A stretch of 57,309 nt of DNA, filler included, from Squatina squatina (Eukaryota), in NCBI GenBank assembly GCA_031763465.1. It is 3 parts of 3 records of this genome, joined end to end, with 100 filler letters (N's around TTAATTAATTAA, not from the genome) between each part and the next. Parts side by side here need not be neighbours in the genome. Positions count along the whole stretch, not along the records: positions 23,634 to 42,139 come from JARFOE010000115.1; positions 42,240 to 57,309 come from JARFOE010000234.1; 1 more part is not named here. One strand, 5' to 3'. A model generated the notes under the pieces. That model did no database searches. It was given only the letters and a program-made list of their open reading frames with translations, and was not told the DNA's origin. Positions 35,870-48,834 of this stretch are shown in pieces (position 1 is the first letter of the stretch; each line of letters starts with the position of its first letter). The position numbers and the translations under genes are program-made.

Positions 35870-37536
35870 AGGTCAGGTGGTCAGATGGAAAGACTCCAGG
35901 CTTTGAGAAAGGCCAGATACATGGAGGAAGAGCTCCAGGCTGTGAGATAGGCCAGATGCATGAAGGAAAGGCTCCAGCTGTGAAATTGGCCAGATACAAG
36001 AAGGAAAAGCTCCAGGCAGTGAGATAGGCCAGGTACCAGAAGGAAAGGCTTCAGGCTGAGATAGGCCAGATACCAGAAGGCAAGGCTCCAGGCTGTGAGA
36101 TAGGCTAGATGCCAGAAGGAAATGGTTCAGGCTGTGAGATAAGCCAAACACCAGAGAAAAGGCTCCAGGCTGCAAGATAGGCCAGAAACAGGAAGGAAAA
36201 GCTCCAGGCTGTGAGATTGTCCAGATACCAGGAGGAAAGGCTCCAGGCAGTGAGATCGGAGAAGGAAAGGCTCCTGGCTGTTATATTAGCTCGGCCAGAT
36301 ACCAGAAGGCAAGGCTCCAGGCTGTGAGATAAGCCAGATACCCAGAGTCAAGGCTTCAGTCTGTGAGATCGACCAGATACCAGAAGGAAAGGTTCCAGGC
36401 TGTGAGATAGGCCAGAGTCTGGAATGAAAGCTTCCAGGCTGTGAGATAGGCCAGACACCAGAAGGAAAAGCTCTGGGCCGTGAGATAGGCCAGATACCAG
36501 AAGGAAAGACTCCAGGCTGTGAGATAGGCTGGGCAAAATACCAGACGGATCGGCTCCACGCTGTGAGATAGACCAGACACGAGAACAAAAGTCTCCAGCC
36601 TGTCAGGTAGCCCAGATACCTGAAGGAAAGGCTCCAGGCTATAAAATAGCCCAGATACCAGAAGGAAACGTTCCCGGCTGTGAGATAGGCCAGACACCAG
36701 AAGAAAAGGCTCCAGGCTTTGAAACTGGCCAGCTACCAGATGGAAAGGCTCGAGGCTGTGAGATCGGCCAGGTCCCAGAAGGAAAGGCTCCAGGGTGTGA
36801 GATAGGAGAGGCCAGATACCAGAAAGAAAGGCTCAAGGCTTTGAGATAGGCCAGATAGGAAAAGGAAACTCTCCGGGCTGTGAGATAGGCCATGTACCAG
36901 AAGTAAAAGCTCCAGGCATTGAAATAGGCCAGATACATGAAGGAAAGCCTCCAGGCTGTGATATACATAAGAAAACAGAATGAAAGGCTCCAGGTTGTGA
37001 GCCGGGTCTCATACCAGAAGGAAAAGCTCAGAATGTGACAAGCCAGGCAACAGAAGGACAGGCTCCAGGCTGTGAGTTAGGCCGGTACCAGAACGAAAGG
37101 CTCCAGGCACCAGAAGGAAATGCTCCAGGCTGTGAGAAAGGCCAGATATATGAAGTAAGGGCTCCAGGCTGTGAGATAGGCCAGATGCACGAAGGAAAGG
37201 CTCCAGCTGTGAGATTTGCCAGATACCAGAAGGAAAGGCTCCAGACAGTGAGATAGGCCAGATACCAGAAGGAAAGGCTCCATGCTGTGATATTGGCTTG
37301 GCCAGACACCAGGAGAAAGGCTCCAGGCTATGAAATAGGCCAGACACCAGAAGGAAAGGCTCCCGGTTATGAGATAGGCCAGATACCAGGAGGAAAGGCT
37401 CTAGGCTTTGAGATAGGTGAGATGCAAGAAGGAAAGGCTCCAGGCTGTGATATTGGCTTGGCCAGATACCAGAAGGCAAGGCTCCAGGCTGTGAGATAGG
37501 CTAGATGCCAGAAGGAAATGGTTCAGGCTGTGAGAT
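35870..37536 (+). repeat. Minisatellite, 39-nt consensus GAAGGAAAGGCTCCAGGCTGTGAGATAGGCCAGATACCA, about 40 units, runs into a gap
   Basis: Directly visible tandem units with point variants and occasional 5-nt insertions. Confidence 0.96.
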
Positions 37537-37636
37537 NNNNNNNNNNNNNNNNNNNNNNNNNNNNNNNNNNNNNNNNNNNNNNNNNNNNNNNNNNNNNNNN
37601 NNNNNNNNNNNNNNNNNNNNNNNNNNNNNNNNNNNN

Positions 37637-37985
37637 TCCGGCAGTAGTCACCGTTGTAATGTAGGAAATGTGACAGCCAATTTGCACACAGCAAGGTCCC
37701 ACAAACAACAATCTGATCTCTTTTTTTAGTGATGTTGGTAAGGGATGAATGTTGGTCAGGACGCTGGGAGAAAATCCCTGCTCTTCACAATAGTGCCATA
37801 GGACCGTTTAGGTCCACCTGAGAGAGCAGATGGGGCCCGGTTTAACATCTCGCCTGAAAGCGGGCACTTCTGACCATGCAGCAGTCCCTCAGTACTGCAC
37901 TGGAGTGTCAGCCTAGATTTCGTGCTCAAGTCTCTGGAGTGGCACTTGAACCCACAATGTTCTGACTCGGAGGGGAGAGTGTTAT
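37637..37985 (-). mobile_element. DeuSINE (SacSINE1-like) copy; tail-only copies at about 12345-12440 (+), 23420-23533, 33510-33640 and 44046-44156 (-)
   Basis: CTGCACTGGAGTGTCAGCCTAGATTT...CTCAAGTC.CTGGAGTGG is shared with 13100-13160. The tail GCCAATTTGCACACAGCAAG is shared with 44135-44155. Confidence 0.8.
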
Positions 37986-40900
37986 CTCGGACACCCATGT
38001 TACATGATACACGAACAGATGGATAAGTCCGCTTAACAGTGAATACTTCTAGTGTCACTCAAAAGAGGTACCAAAATACCTGATTTTATATTTTGGAGAA
38101 GTATGAAGAAGATTATTTTCTAATATATATTTATAAAAACTCCGCATTTGTCATTGACACCAGTAACTTTACAGGCACTGCAGTACACTGTGAAACATGA
38201 ATAATGAGAAAGAGAGAACCTCAGCTATTACAAAATAAAAGGCCTCAGGAAAGAATCAACTGTCTGAAGAGCTTTGTTATAGATCATTGCTGTTCACGAG
38301 AAAGTGGAAGCTGACCGTGATTAGAATATGTGGTGTTGAATATTTTATGGGACATTATGTATTATAACACACTGTGGAATATTAGCTCTCATATATTGCA
38401 TTTAATTTCCATTAGGATTTAATTTTCTTACATATTGTACACGTTTTGACATATAATTGTGGAACTTTAAAGGCATTTCATTGAGTTAAATTACTCATTG
38501 CATAATATGGAAGTCTTACAAAATGAATATGAATAAAATAAAGTATTGTAAAAATGAGAACACATCAAGATGGATGAATTCAGCCATGCATACCTCAGCT
38601 AACAGTCTCAGTTTGTGAAGTCTCACTGAAGCATGGAAACTTAACCTCTAAAAGCATAAATGAAGTTAAATCAGTATTATATTTCCTTAAAATTTACAGA
38701 AGGGTAGTTAAGTTGGTGCTATTTCACTGGTCGGAAGAGTAATGAATAGAAACTTTAATTTTATTTTGGTAAATCAGAAAGTAATTTCCAAAATGTTCTC
38801 GCATGCCCCCAGTAGAAGTCTGGGAGGCGTACATCTCATTCTCTTACTTGTTCTGGCACTGTGATAATCAAAAATTTGAGAAAACAGAGAAAAAAAAGTA
38901 AACTGTTGCCCATATTGAACTTGTTCCCTCTCCTGCTTCATATAAAAAGGGCACCCACCCACCTGCCCATTGCAATAGTTCCACTATAATCTGAATATGT
39001 CAATCTAATCTCAAATGAGGCTTATGGTTCTGACATTTCCTCTACACCAATCCTTCGGTGTCTGTCTCTCACCTGGGACATCTGGTCTCTGACTTGATTT
39101 TTTTGCCAATAAAACTAATCCAATCCACCACCACTTAGCGACTGGCATATGCTTCTGTAGAAAGTAGAACTTTTTTTCATTNNNNNNNNNNNNNNNNNNN
39201 NNNNNNNNNNNNNNNNNNNNNNNNNNNNNNNNNNNNNNNNNNNNNNNNNNNNNNNNNNNNNNNNNNNNNNNNNNNNNNNNNATTGTGAATCCCTCATGAT
39301 GAATGACCAGCTGGGTGAGACACTGGAAGGCACTGAGCACCCATGGATACCCCACGCAATAGCATCAGGACAGGTGGGTAGAATATTGGAGGAGAGAATA
39401 TGGCATTCTCAAGAATTAGTAAACTATGACTTTATAGTTTACTCTCAGTATATTATATTTTAGTAGTATGAAATTCATTAATTCATGTAGTTAATTTTAA
39501 CATACATTGTGAAATACTGCAAGGTATCTGCAGACTATAATATCCCACGTGTTATTGGTCCCCAGATTTTACAGAATTTTATTGTAGAATTATGATTTAG
39601 ACAAGGAAGAAAGACTACTTCAAATTTCTTTTGAAAGTTACTGTAGAATTTCTGTTAGTATGTTATTGGTAATATTTTGATAAATTAGTTCCAGTTTTAG
39701 GATAAAATAACTGGGCCGATCTTTCTTTACTAGCCTAGGAGCAATTAGTGTGGAGCGCACCAAAAGTGCATCTTGCAGGGACCAAGAGCTAAGTGTCTGA
39801 ACCTCCTCCAGGGCCTCATTTGAATTCCACAGGCAAGTCTCAGGTGCACATCATTCACTTGGGAATGCAGTATTCGCCTCATTCAAGAAGAGCACATTCT
39901 GGTCCTTAAAGGCATTCTTTATTTTAAAGGGGCATGCCTAGTAGAGGCCCGGTAACTGAAAGAGCAACTTTTTGAAATGTCATGGTGCTTGGGACATCAA
40001 ATATTAAAAGGGGCAGCTGCAGATGAATATTGGTGAGTGCTGAAACTATTCATCACCACCAAGCATTGGAACCTTTCATTTCTGTGATCTTACTCTTTTG
40101 TCAAACAGGACAACCCCTCTCAATATCTTCATGCTGCCATTGCCTGGCTGGAATGACAGCAGCAGCCTGGGTATCACTGCATTTTGCCTTGGAGGGAGTT
40201 GGTAGGAGAATGGCACTGTGGTGCTAAACAGTAGATGGGGGATCAGGGAAAACAAATGTAGATATGAAGAATGACTGTGCAATAATTGGAGGAAGGTGCT
40301 GGCTTAACTATGAGGCTTATTGTCTTATTCAAAGTGGTATGGATCAGTGGTACAGTGTAAGTTGAGGACCTTCCAGCACAATGGTCGGGAAATAGTTGCC
40401 AGTGACTCAGGAGAGGGCCAGGCAAACAACTTCAGAAGCTGTTAAGGGGATTTGTGGTTGTTTGCCATCATCTGCATCCAACTAAGCCATTTCACAAAAG
40501 GGAGAAGGAGGAATGTGGCACAATATTGAAATTGGCCTCCATTACTAAGTGTAAAATACTAACCGCATTCTACAACAAGTATTCAAGCAGCAAAAAACTA
40601 TAATTTGAAAAATGAAACCGTATCTTGTCAATACCAGCCTGTTCTTTAAGCATGATAGCACCTAAACAACCGCTCTGGAACCAGTAGTGCCGGAGTTTCA
40701 TGGTACAGTTTGTCCCTGATCTGCACCAGGTGCTATGAGAGGAAAGTCCTCTGAAATTCAATTGCATGAATNNNNNNNNNNNNNNNNNNNNNNNNNNNNN
40801 NNNNNNNNNNNNNNNNNNNNNNNNNNNNNNNNNNNNNNNNNNNNNNNNNNNNNNNNNNNNNNNNNNNNNNNTCATACATGTATTCATATGTTTCGGATAT

Positions 40901-42139
40901 TGTTGCATTTTGTGTCAAAATAATAACGTATGACATGGAAATTGTAGGGAATCAATTCTGAAAACCATGGTTGGTAATTTGACACAAATGAGAACATTTT
41001 AAGCATTTAGTTTCTGCTTTATGGACACATATGTTACTTGCATAAAAATTGAAAGCTGCAGCGTGTTAAAATGATATATTTGCTGAATTGAATGTAAAAG
41101 AAAAGGAAAGTTAAAACTATGAATATTAAGTACTCACCCATAAAAGCATAGATGATTACAGTGCAGAAGGAGGGTATTTCACCCATTATGTCTGTGCTGG
41201 CCTTTTTCTGGAGCAGTCCAAAACTACTCCCACTGTTCTGCTCTCTCCTCATAGCCCTGTGCATTTCTCTGGTTCAAATATTTGATCCATTTTTCCCCTT
41301 AACAGATACAATGATGCCAATCTCAACACCTCCCTGTGGAAGAAATTCCTACGATCTCTTTCTTCACTCTCAGTAATAACCTTAAGTTGAAGATTGCTCA
41401 TCACTGACTCCCCAACCAGGGGAAAAATAGTCTTTTCCTGTTTACTCTGTCAAAATCCTTCATAATTTTAGAAACCTCTATTGAACCTTGGAAAGAAAAT
41501 AAATCAGAGAAAGGCCCCAAGAGTTAAGTACTTAAAATCCATAGTACTCTTTCAATTCCCTTCTCTTTTAAAGCAATTGTTTACTTCTGATTTTGATATT
41601 GTTATAAGACAGTGAAAATTCAGCAAGGATTAACTAGTTAAGATTTTCTTCATTCCCAAGGAGTTATCTCTAGCAACATCTACAGGACTGGTAAGTTGTC
41701 TGTTTAAGATTTTCTTCCTTGTGTTTGGAATTTCTTTAATAGTACAGTATTATTTCTCTGACAAGTAAATTGCATTTATTCATTTGCTGCTTACATTCAA
41801 GGCTGCCATCATGGTATCATTGCAGTGCACGTTGGGGACTGAAAGCTATTGATTTATTTAAAGCTGCATCATACCTTCTATCTGTTCCAATGGGAGGGAG
41901 GGAGGGGGGAGGGCTCCTCGGGAACTTCAGCTTGGAAGAAAATAAGTAAATAATCCTGAAAATATGATTTGAGCCATTTTGATTTGAATGCTTCGTGATA
42001 TTACTGGTTAACATTTTTTCCTTATTTAACAATGATTGTGAGAAATGTGGCAGTCTGAGCTTTAAACCCGCTTTGATGCATGCTTGCTGCCAGTTACCTA
42101 AGCTTCTTTATATGGAATATATCCTTTTAAATGCTCAGT

Positions 42140-42239
42140 NNNNNNNNNNNNNNNNNNNNNNNNNNNNNNNNNNNNNNNNNNNNTTAATTAATTAANNNNN
42201 NNNNNNNNNNNNNNNNNNNNNNNNNNNNNNNNNNNNNNN
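42140..42239. other. Artificial scaffold-joining spacer (44 N + TTAATTAATTAA + 44 N)
   Basis: 12-mer at 42184-42195, same structure as 23534-23633. Confidence 0.92.
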
Positions 42240-45200
42240 TGGGTGGTTGAATTTTGGTACCAGCAGAGTAAGTTGAGGAATTTGCCTCAGCGAATGTTTT
42301 AGGCATGATTTTCAAAGGAACCAGAGAACAATTATCTGGGTTGGACAATTGGGTATCTTAGCTGAGGGAGATCAAAAACCAGAAGAAAATGGGCAAACAA
42401 TATGAGAAGGGAAGTGCTGCCATGTCCAGCACTGGAGGATATAATGGTGAAAGACAGAGCCTGCTCGAATACCAGTTATCCGTGAAGCCCTAGAATAGGC
42501 TTAAGAAAGGCAGACCATTATGTTGGAACCATTTTTCATGCAGCAAATTCCCACAAACAGCAACAAGATGAATGGCGAATTAGTCAATTTTCAGTGCTGT
42601 TCTGTTAGTGGAAAACACTGCGACTAGTACTGTCTCCTCATGTCAGTAATCCCGATATAGATTGCATGCAGGTACAAGTGAGAGATGTGGGCATTTCAAC
42701 CCAACACGCATCGCAATGCAATCTGTTATCCCTCTTCAGGCTAAGCTTATTGCTTTGGGGCACGCCACAGCCAAGTTGTGTGATCTTAACAATTTGTTGT
42801 ATCGAAGAAGCTTAAATCTTCTAATATTTGACCCTTGGGGAATGTGAGAGTGACAGATTCTAAGTTGAGGAAAGGCAGACAGTGGAGCAATGAATTCCAG
42901 GGATAACTGAAGGAATTCCGTGTGGGGAAAAAAAATGTTGGTCAGAAGCAGAGTAGATCAGATCACTCACTGTTTTGTGTTTGTGAAGAACTTATTTAGC
43001 CAGCAGGAAGTTTGTGTGTTAAATAAGCCCCATGTGATGTGAAGAGGCACCTCCACTTTTAATTAAGCTGGGTGCAGTCAGTTCCCATGAGAAGTGACTC
43101 TCTGCTGATCAGGTCCAGTGGGGATGTTCTGGCACTAGGAGAAGAAACCCTACACTTAATAGTACCAGTCAAAACCTATTTAAAAAAAAATAAAATAAAA
43201 CTAATAAAATCTTTCGTGTTGAGTTTATTTCAATAAGTAATAGGTAAGGAAAAATGCAATATGTTGGAAACACATGGCAGGGCCTGTTAGCTTTCGAGGT
43301 GCAGAACCTTTACCGGAACTCCAAAGCATTTTGCTAGCAGTTTTAATCGCGTTGTTGTAATTCAGTGGCTCCTGGGAGCTTTATTTTGTCTACTTTTTCC
43401 CCCCATCAATTATTGGACTAAGATCACTTGTCTGGAGCCGGATGTTTTACATNNNNNNNNNNNNNNNNNNNNNNNNNNNNNNNNNNNNNNNNNNNNNNNN
43501 NNNNNNNNNNNNNNNNNNNNNNNNNNNNNNNNNNNNNNNNNNNNNNNNNNNNTTTTGTAAATGTGAAATGAGATTTTTGAGCTGCACTTTGTGTCAGTCT
43601 TCAGATTCTTTCAAGGATGACCGACTTTGATAGTACTGTACATTCTGCACATTTTTCTTCTTGGCGATGAGCTGGAATAAGCTAGCATGACAGCTGTCTC
43701 AAATTGGACCCAGTTTCTGCTAGATCACAGACTACAGTTTGCACCATGCTGCTTGCTTAGAAGGGTACATCTGCAAGGCCATTGTTGGAGACAGCAGGAG
43801 AGCCCAGCTCTTTCTGAGCTGCACAGTGTGTCTTACTGGCATTACATAGTCATGTGCAGGCTCAGCTGGCAGAAGCTAGCTCTACCACTGGAAATTTAAT
43901 TGTTAGAAATAACCGCATGATAAAGACATGAGAACCAAACCTGATGAATTTACTCCTGGGAGACTGCAGAACAGCAAATGCAGTTAAGGCCCATCTCTCT
44001 CTAGTGCAGTAAATGGATTTTGAAATGTGTGCGTGCAAAAAGCAAGACTTGCATTTATATGGCGCCTTTCACGACCACCGGACGCCCCAAAGCGCTTTAC
44101 AGTCGTCACTGTTGTAATGTAAGAAAATGCAGCAGCCAATTTGCACACAGCAAGCTNNNNNNNNNNNNNNNNNNNNNNNNNNNNNNNNNNNNNNNNNNNN
44201 NNNNNNNNNNNNNNNNNNNNNNNNNNNNNNNNNNNNNNNNNNNNNNNNNNNNNNNNCCCTTCAGGCAATGCAGCACTTTCAAAGGTCATGATCCACAGAT
44301 TGTGTAGTTATGGGTCTGGCACATTAGGTAGAATAACAGATGGTGAGAATATAATTTTGAGGCTCAAATTGCATTAATAAAGCGAGGTTGGCTTTTGCAG
44401 TTCACATTGTAATTGGATCTCCCACAGTTATGTTGCAGCTTTGCAGCTTCCCAACGGTTTGTTGTATCTATATTCTTTTAAGGGAGGTAGCTGTTTGTGT
44501 GTCGAGTGCTGGTTACTGTTGTGTCTCAAAGCCTGACTTTCCCACGAGGCCCCTGAGAACTCCAGTGCGAAGAAACCTAACCAGTTTGTTATTGTCAGAA
44601 TGACCAAGTATACACGGCCATCTCTCATTTTTCTTATAAATATTTCATAGCAGAAGTAGTATGATGTGTGCGATTGTGCGACCCGTTTTAATATGTGGTG
44701 CCCTGGAACATAGCATGAAAATTACATTGATTCTGAGCATCCTGTTGAACAAGATTTATTTTTTAAGCTGTCAAAACCTTTTTTTTTCAGTTTTGATTGG
44801 TCACTTGTACGTTTGTTTCATTCTTGCTCTCTCTCTAATGGCAAAGCAAGTGAAAAGACAGTGTCTCNNNNNNNNNNNNNNNNNNNNNNNNNNNNNNNNN
44901 NNNNNNNNNNNNNNNNNNNNNNNNNNNNNNNNNNNNNNNNNNNNNNNNNNNNNNNNNNNNNNNNNNNCTCTGCTCTAAGGAGAACAACCCCAGCTTCTCT
45001 CGTCTATCCAATCAGTGTGCTTCCTAAAATCTCCCCTCAAAATATCTCCACCTTGTCATGTCCATCCATGTCTTCAAAGACCTCCGATAAACTTGACTTC
45101 AACCATGACTTTGCTCTCCTTCTATAGCTTCTTGTTCGCTTTTTTTTGAAGAGGATGCTGAATGTCCACTTTTGTTAACTACTCAGACCTTTCTGTGAAA

Positions 45201-45401
45201 ATGTAAGTTCTGGGTGGTATTATTTATGATCCAGAAGGATTAACATGCACCTGACTTTTGTTGATCTAAACTGACCTGTTACTTGCACACAGCTCTGTAT
45301 GTTTTTCTGAGATATCTGATGTTTTGAGGTGTGATTTGCTGATGACGCAGTGTTGTACTTGTAGCTGTGTGATTTAATATACACTTTCTCTTTATTAACA
45401 G

Positions 45402-45512
45402 GTCCACATTAGCACTACTGGTTTAATTGTGACCCCACCTCCCAGCAGTCCCGTCAACACAGTAGCTCCATGTATCTTCCCACCAGAGGGCACCTACTCC
45501 GTTGCTCCTGGG
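45402..45512 (+). CDS. SH3RF1: SH3RF1 (POSH E3 ligase) internal exon, 111 nt
   Basis: ttattaacag|GTC CAC...CCT GGG|gtaagt. Encodes [37 protein letters not shown]. Confidence 0.9.
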
Positions 45513-45631
45513 GTAAGTACTTTGTGCAATGTATCGATCTGTCGTGTGAGAACGTGTGGCTGTGTTCCCTTAGAATCAGCATCCATATTTCAATTGCCAA
45601 CATGGTGGGGTCGGTCTTGGCGATGTCAGTC

Positions 45632-46200
45632 AACAACAGCTTGCATTTATAGAATGCCTTTAACCTAGCAAAACATCCCAAGGCACTTCACGAGTGTTAT
45701 CAATCAAAATTTGACACCGAGCCACATAAGCAGATATCAGGACAGATGACCAAAAGCTTGGTCAAACAGGTAGGTTTTAAGGAGCATCTTAAAGGAGGAA
45801 AGAGGTAGAGAGGATCAGGGAGGAAATTCCAGAGCATCGGGCCTTGGCAGCTGAAGATTTGGCCGCCAGTGGTGGAGCGATTAACATCAGGGATACGCAA
45901 GAGGCCAGAAATGTAAGAGAGTTGATATCTCAGAGGGTTGTAGGGCTGGAGGAGATTCCAGAGATAGGGAGGGGCAAGGCCATGGAGGGATTTGAAACCA
46001 AGAATGAGTATATTAAAATTAAGCTGCTGCTGGGAGCCAATGTAGATCAGTGAGAACTGTGATGATGGGTGAATGGGACTTGGTGTGAGTGAGGACATGG
46101 GCAGTAGAGTTTTAGATGTCCTCAAGTTTACAGAGGGTGGAAGATGGGAGGCCGGCCAGGATTGCATTGGAATAGTCAAGTCCAGAGGTAACTCAGCATG
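45632..46200 (-). mobile_element. L2-clade LINE 3' end
   Basis: Minus-strand translation includes LDYSNAILAGLP, ILILGFKSLHGLAPPYLWNLLQPYNP and GGQIFSCQGPMLWNFLP. Tail ...AAAGGCATTCTATAAATGCAAGCTGTTGTTG. Confidence 0.85.
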
Positions 46201-46860
46201 AATTTCAAAAGGGAAAGTCTTGCTTGATAAACTTCATTGACTTTTTTAAAGAGGTAATAGAGAGAGTCGACAATGGTAATGTAGTCGACGTAATTTATCT
46301 AGATTTTCAAAAGGTCTTCGACAAGGTACCCAATAATAGACTGATGAACAAGGTCAGAGAATGCTGAGTCAGGGGTCAAGTCGCAGAATGATTTGCGAGC
46401 TGGCTTTAAGAGAAAAAGCAGAGAGTCGGAGTAAAGGGCAGATATCCCAGTGGCAGTGTGTGGGTAAAGGTGTCCCACAAGGATCAGTACTGGGACCACT
46501 GCTCTTCACAATTGACATTCATGACTTTGGAATCTAAAAAACAATTTCTAAATTTGAGGATGACAGCAAATTGTGGGGGGGGCGGCGAGGGGTTGACAAC
46601 ACTGAGGAGGCCTGCAACATTTACAGGAGGACATTAATAAACTTGCAGAATGGGCATATAATAGGCAAATGAAGTTCACCACAGATAAATGTGAGGTATT
46701 AAATTTTGGTAGGAAGAATAGGGAGGTCACTTCTTACTTGGAGGGTGTGAGTCTAGGTGAGATCTTGGAGTACAAATACACAAATCACTAAAAGTTGTGA
46801 CACAGGTTAGCAAGGCCATCCAAAAAGCAAACCAAACAATAGGGTTTATTTCTAGCGGTA
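46201..46860 (+). mobile_element. CR1 LINE RT-domain fragment, decayed
   Basis: Motifs KGKSCLINFIDFF, VDVIYLDFQKVFDKVP, GVPQGSVLGPLLFTI and KFEDDSKL, with stops and frameshifts. Confidence 0.88.
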
Positions 46861-47209
46861 TAGGGAGCCCAATTGGATTGCATCACGCTGGTAACTCAAG
46901 GAGCAGAATATGTGTGTTTTTTGCACCAGTTGAGAGCTGAGAAATTACCCCAGGAAATTTGACTCTGTAATTTTTTTTCAGGCGGCGTCTACATCGAGCT
47001 TAAAATGAATGTAATGAGGTTCAGGTGCAGCGTTAAATGGGCATTAAGGATTTCATGGATCCAATTCTTCAAAGTAGCTGATTTGAGTCCATGAGTTGCA
47101 AGCCCACCTGAGCCCTTAAAGGTGCAGATTAATGCTTGGAAAGCAGTGCTTAGGTCACTGTGCAAAGTAAAGGAGGAAGGTCAGTGCAGCTGTCTGAACA
47201 TTGTGCCTT

Positions 47210-48600
47210 ACAGTGAGTCAATGGCAGCTCATGGAGAGGGCCGAGGGCCCTAACGTTTTCAGACTCGGCACTCCAGACTCTTTTGGCCTCAGTCTCCAGA
47301 AGGGCAGACAGGCTCTTCAGAATCGGTGGATGAAGAGGCACTGCCCAGCTTGTGAGGGGGCTTTAGCGGCAGACAGCAATGGAGGTGTTCACCTCAGATG
47401 CGGCGACCAGGACTGGCACTCAGTGTCACAAGAAGTTCAACGACCGGCTACTTCAATGAATTGAACCTCATTACGCTCTAACCTCTAAGTTACACAAGGT
47501 GCATGGATCTGAGCTGGCGCATGGTGAGGGAATAAGGTGTGACACTGTGGTTACATTGCCTATCTCGCCCCCCGAGTGCCAGTCCTGGCCGCCGCATCTG
47601 AGGCGGACGCCTCGGTTGCTATCTGCCACCAAAGCCCACTCACAGGCTGGGCCTTGGAGTCAGCACTGATTGAATCACCAGCCCCAGCGGGGTGCAGCAG
47701 GGTGTGAGGCTCAGGGAAGCTCTGGTGTCGACTGGCCAGAGGGGAGTAGGCCGATCCGCTTTGCTAAGGTTGGCTCATATGAAGACCTGGGCGGAGATTC
47801 CGTCATTGAAAGGCTCATTCAAATGCATGAGTACATGACAGTGTCAGTGACAAGGGTGCCAGAGAGCCCGCTTCCCACATCATTCAGAGCTCCACGCACG
47901 CCTTGCAGCCAGTCATTGGAAGGTTACAATCCATGATAGACTCTTAAATCGACCGTGAGGATCCAGCCTGCATGAGACATGTCATGGGCGATGTGGCATC
48001 AGCCATTTCAGCACAGGCCGATGCAACCCAGCGACTTGCTGGTGCAATGGAGCACAGGTTGTAAGCCGAGGGTGCTCTCAGGCAGACTCAGAATGAGGTG
48101 CTGCAAGGGGTTACTAATGCCATGCAGGAAGTGGCCGCTGGCATCCGTGAGGAAAATGCTATCTGGCAGTATCAGCTGGAAGGCATGTGAGCACTGACTG
48201 CAGCCATCGCAACTGGGTCCATCATGGGAGGCCGGGGGCACCACGGCGCAACATCATTACAGCAGGCTAAGCTCACCCAGATTGATGCATATGCTGAAGT
48301 GCTGCCCCAGAGGAATGTCACTGAGTCTCCCCAGCATGACCCTGCTGCCCTGTTTCAGCATCGCAGCCTTCCTGCTGGTGCCAGTGGCACTCCGCCATTG
48401 ATGCATCTCATGCCTGTGAGCGGCGTTACCCAGCCTGTCGAACCAACCCCTCTGGTTCACAAGGCTGCAGCTGACCCATCTAGGGACAAAGCTCCCCGAG
48501 GGCGCCCCAAAGGGCCATCTGCTGTCCCATCTCCTGACTCACAGCAGTCTGGTCCCAGCCGTGCTGCGCCCACACTATCCCCACTGAGGTGAAGCAATAG
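47210..48600 (+). pseudogene. Harbinger Myb/SANT-like DNA-binding protein gene remnant
   Basis: 47406-47444 encodes TRTGTQCHKKFND (compare R+..QC.KK+NDL). Downstream low-complexity frames include KAPRGRPK. Many disruptions. Confidence 0.6.
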
Positions 48601-48834
48601 AGTAGCTACCAAAAAAAGGAAGGATAAGGATGCATAGAACGGGAGCTGAATCATAGTTTGTCAATGTTCTTCATCATGATTATAAATAAAAAGGATTATT
48701 TTTATTCAGAGTTTGAAATGAATGTTTGTGATGGGTCTACGATGATGAAAAGAAATAATAGAGGATGCATCCTTTCCTGGTTCTACAATGTTATGTGACC
48801 TTTTATATCATTAAGTGAATCTATTACAGATGAG

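Noticed and set aside
29502-37536. CRISPR-like arrays or repeat-protein genes in the two tandem arrays
   Set aside because: Units are head-to-tail with no unique spacers and no cas genes, in a vertebrate context. The ORFs occur in all frames and are broken by stops and indels.
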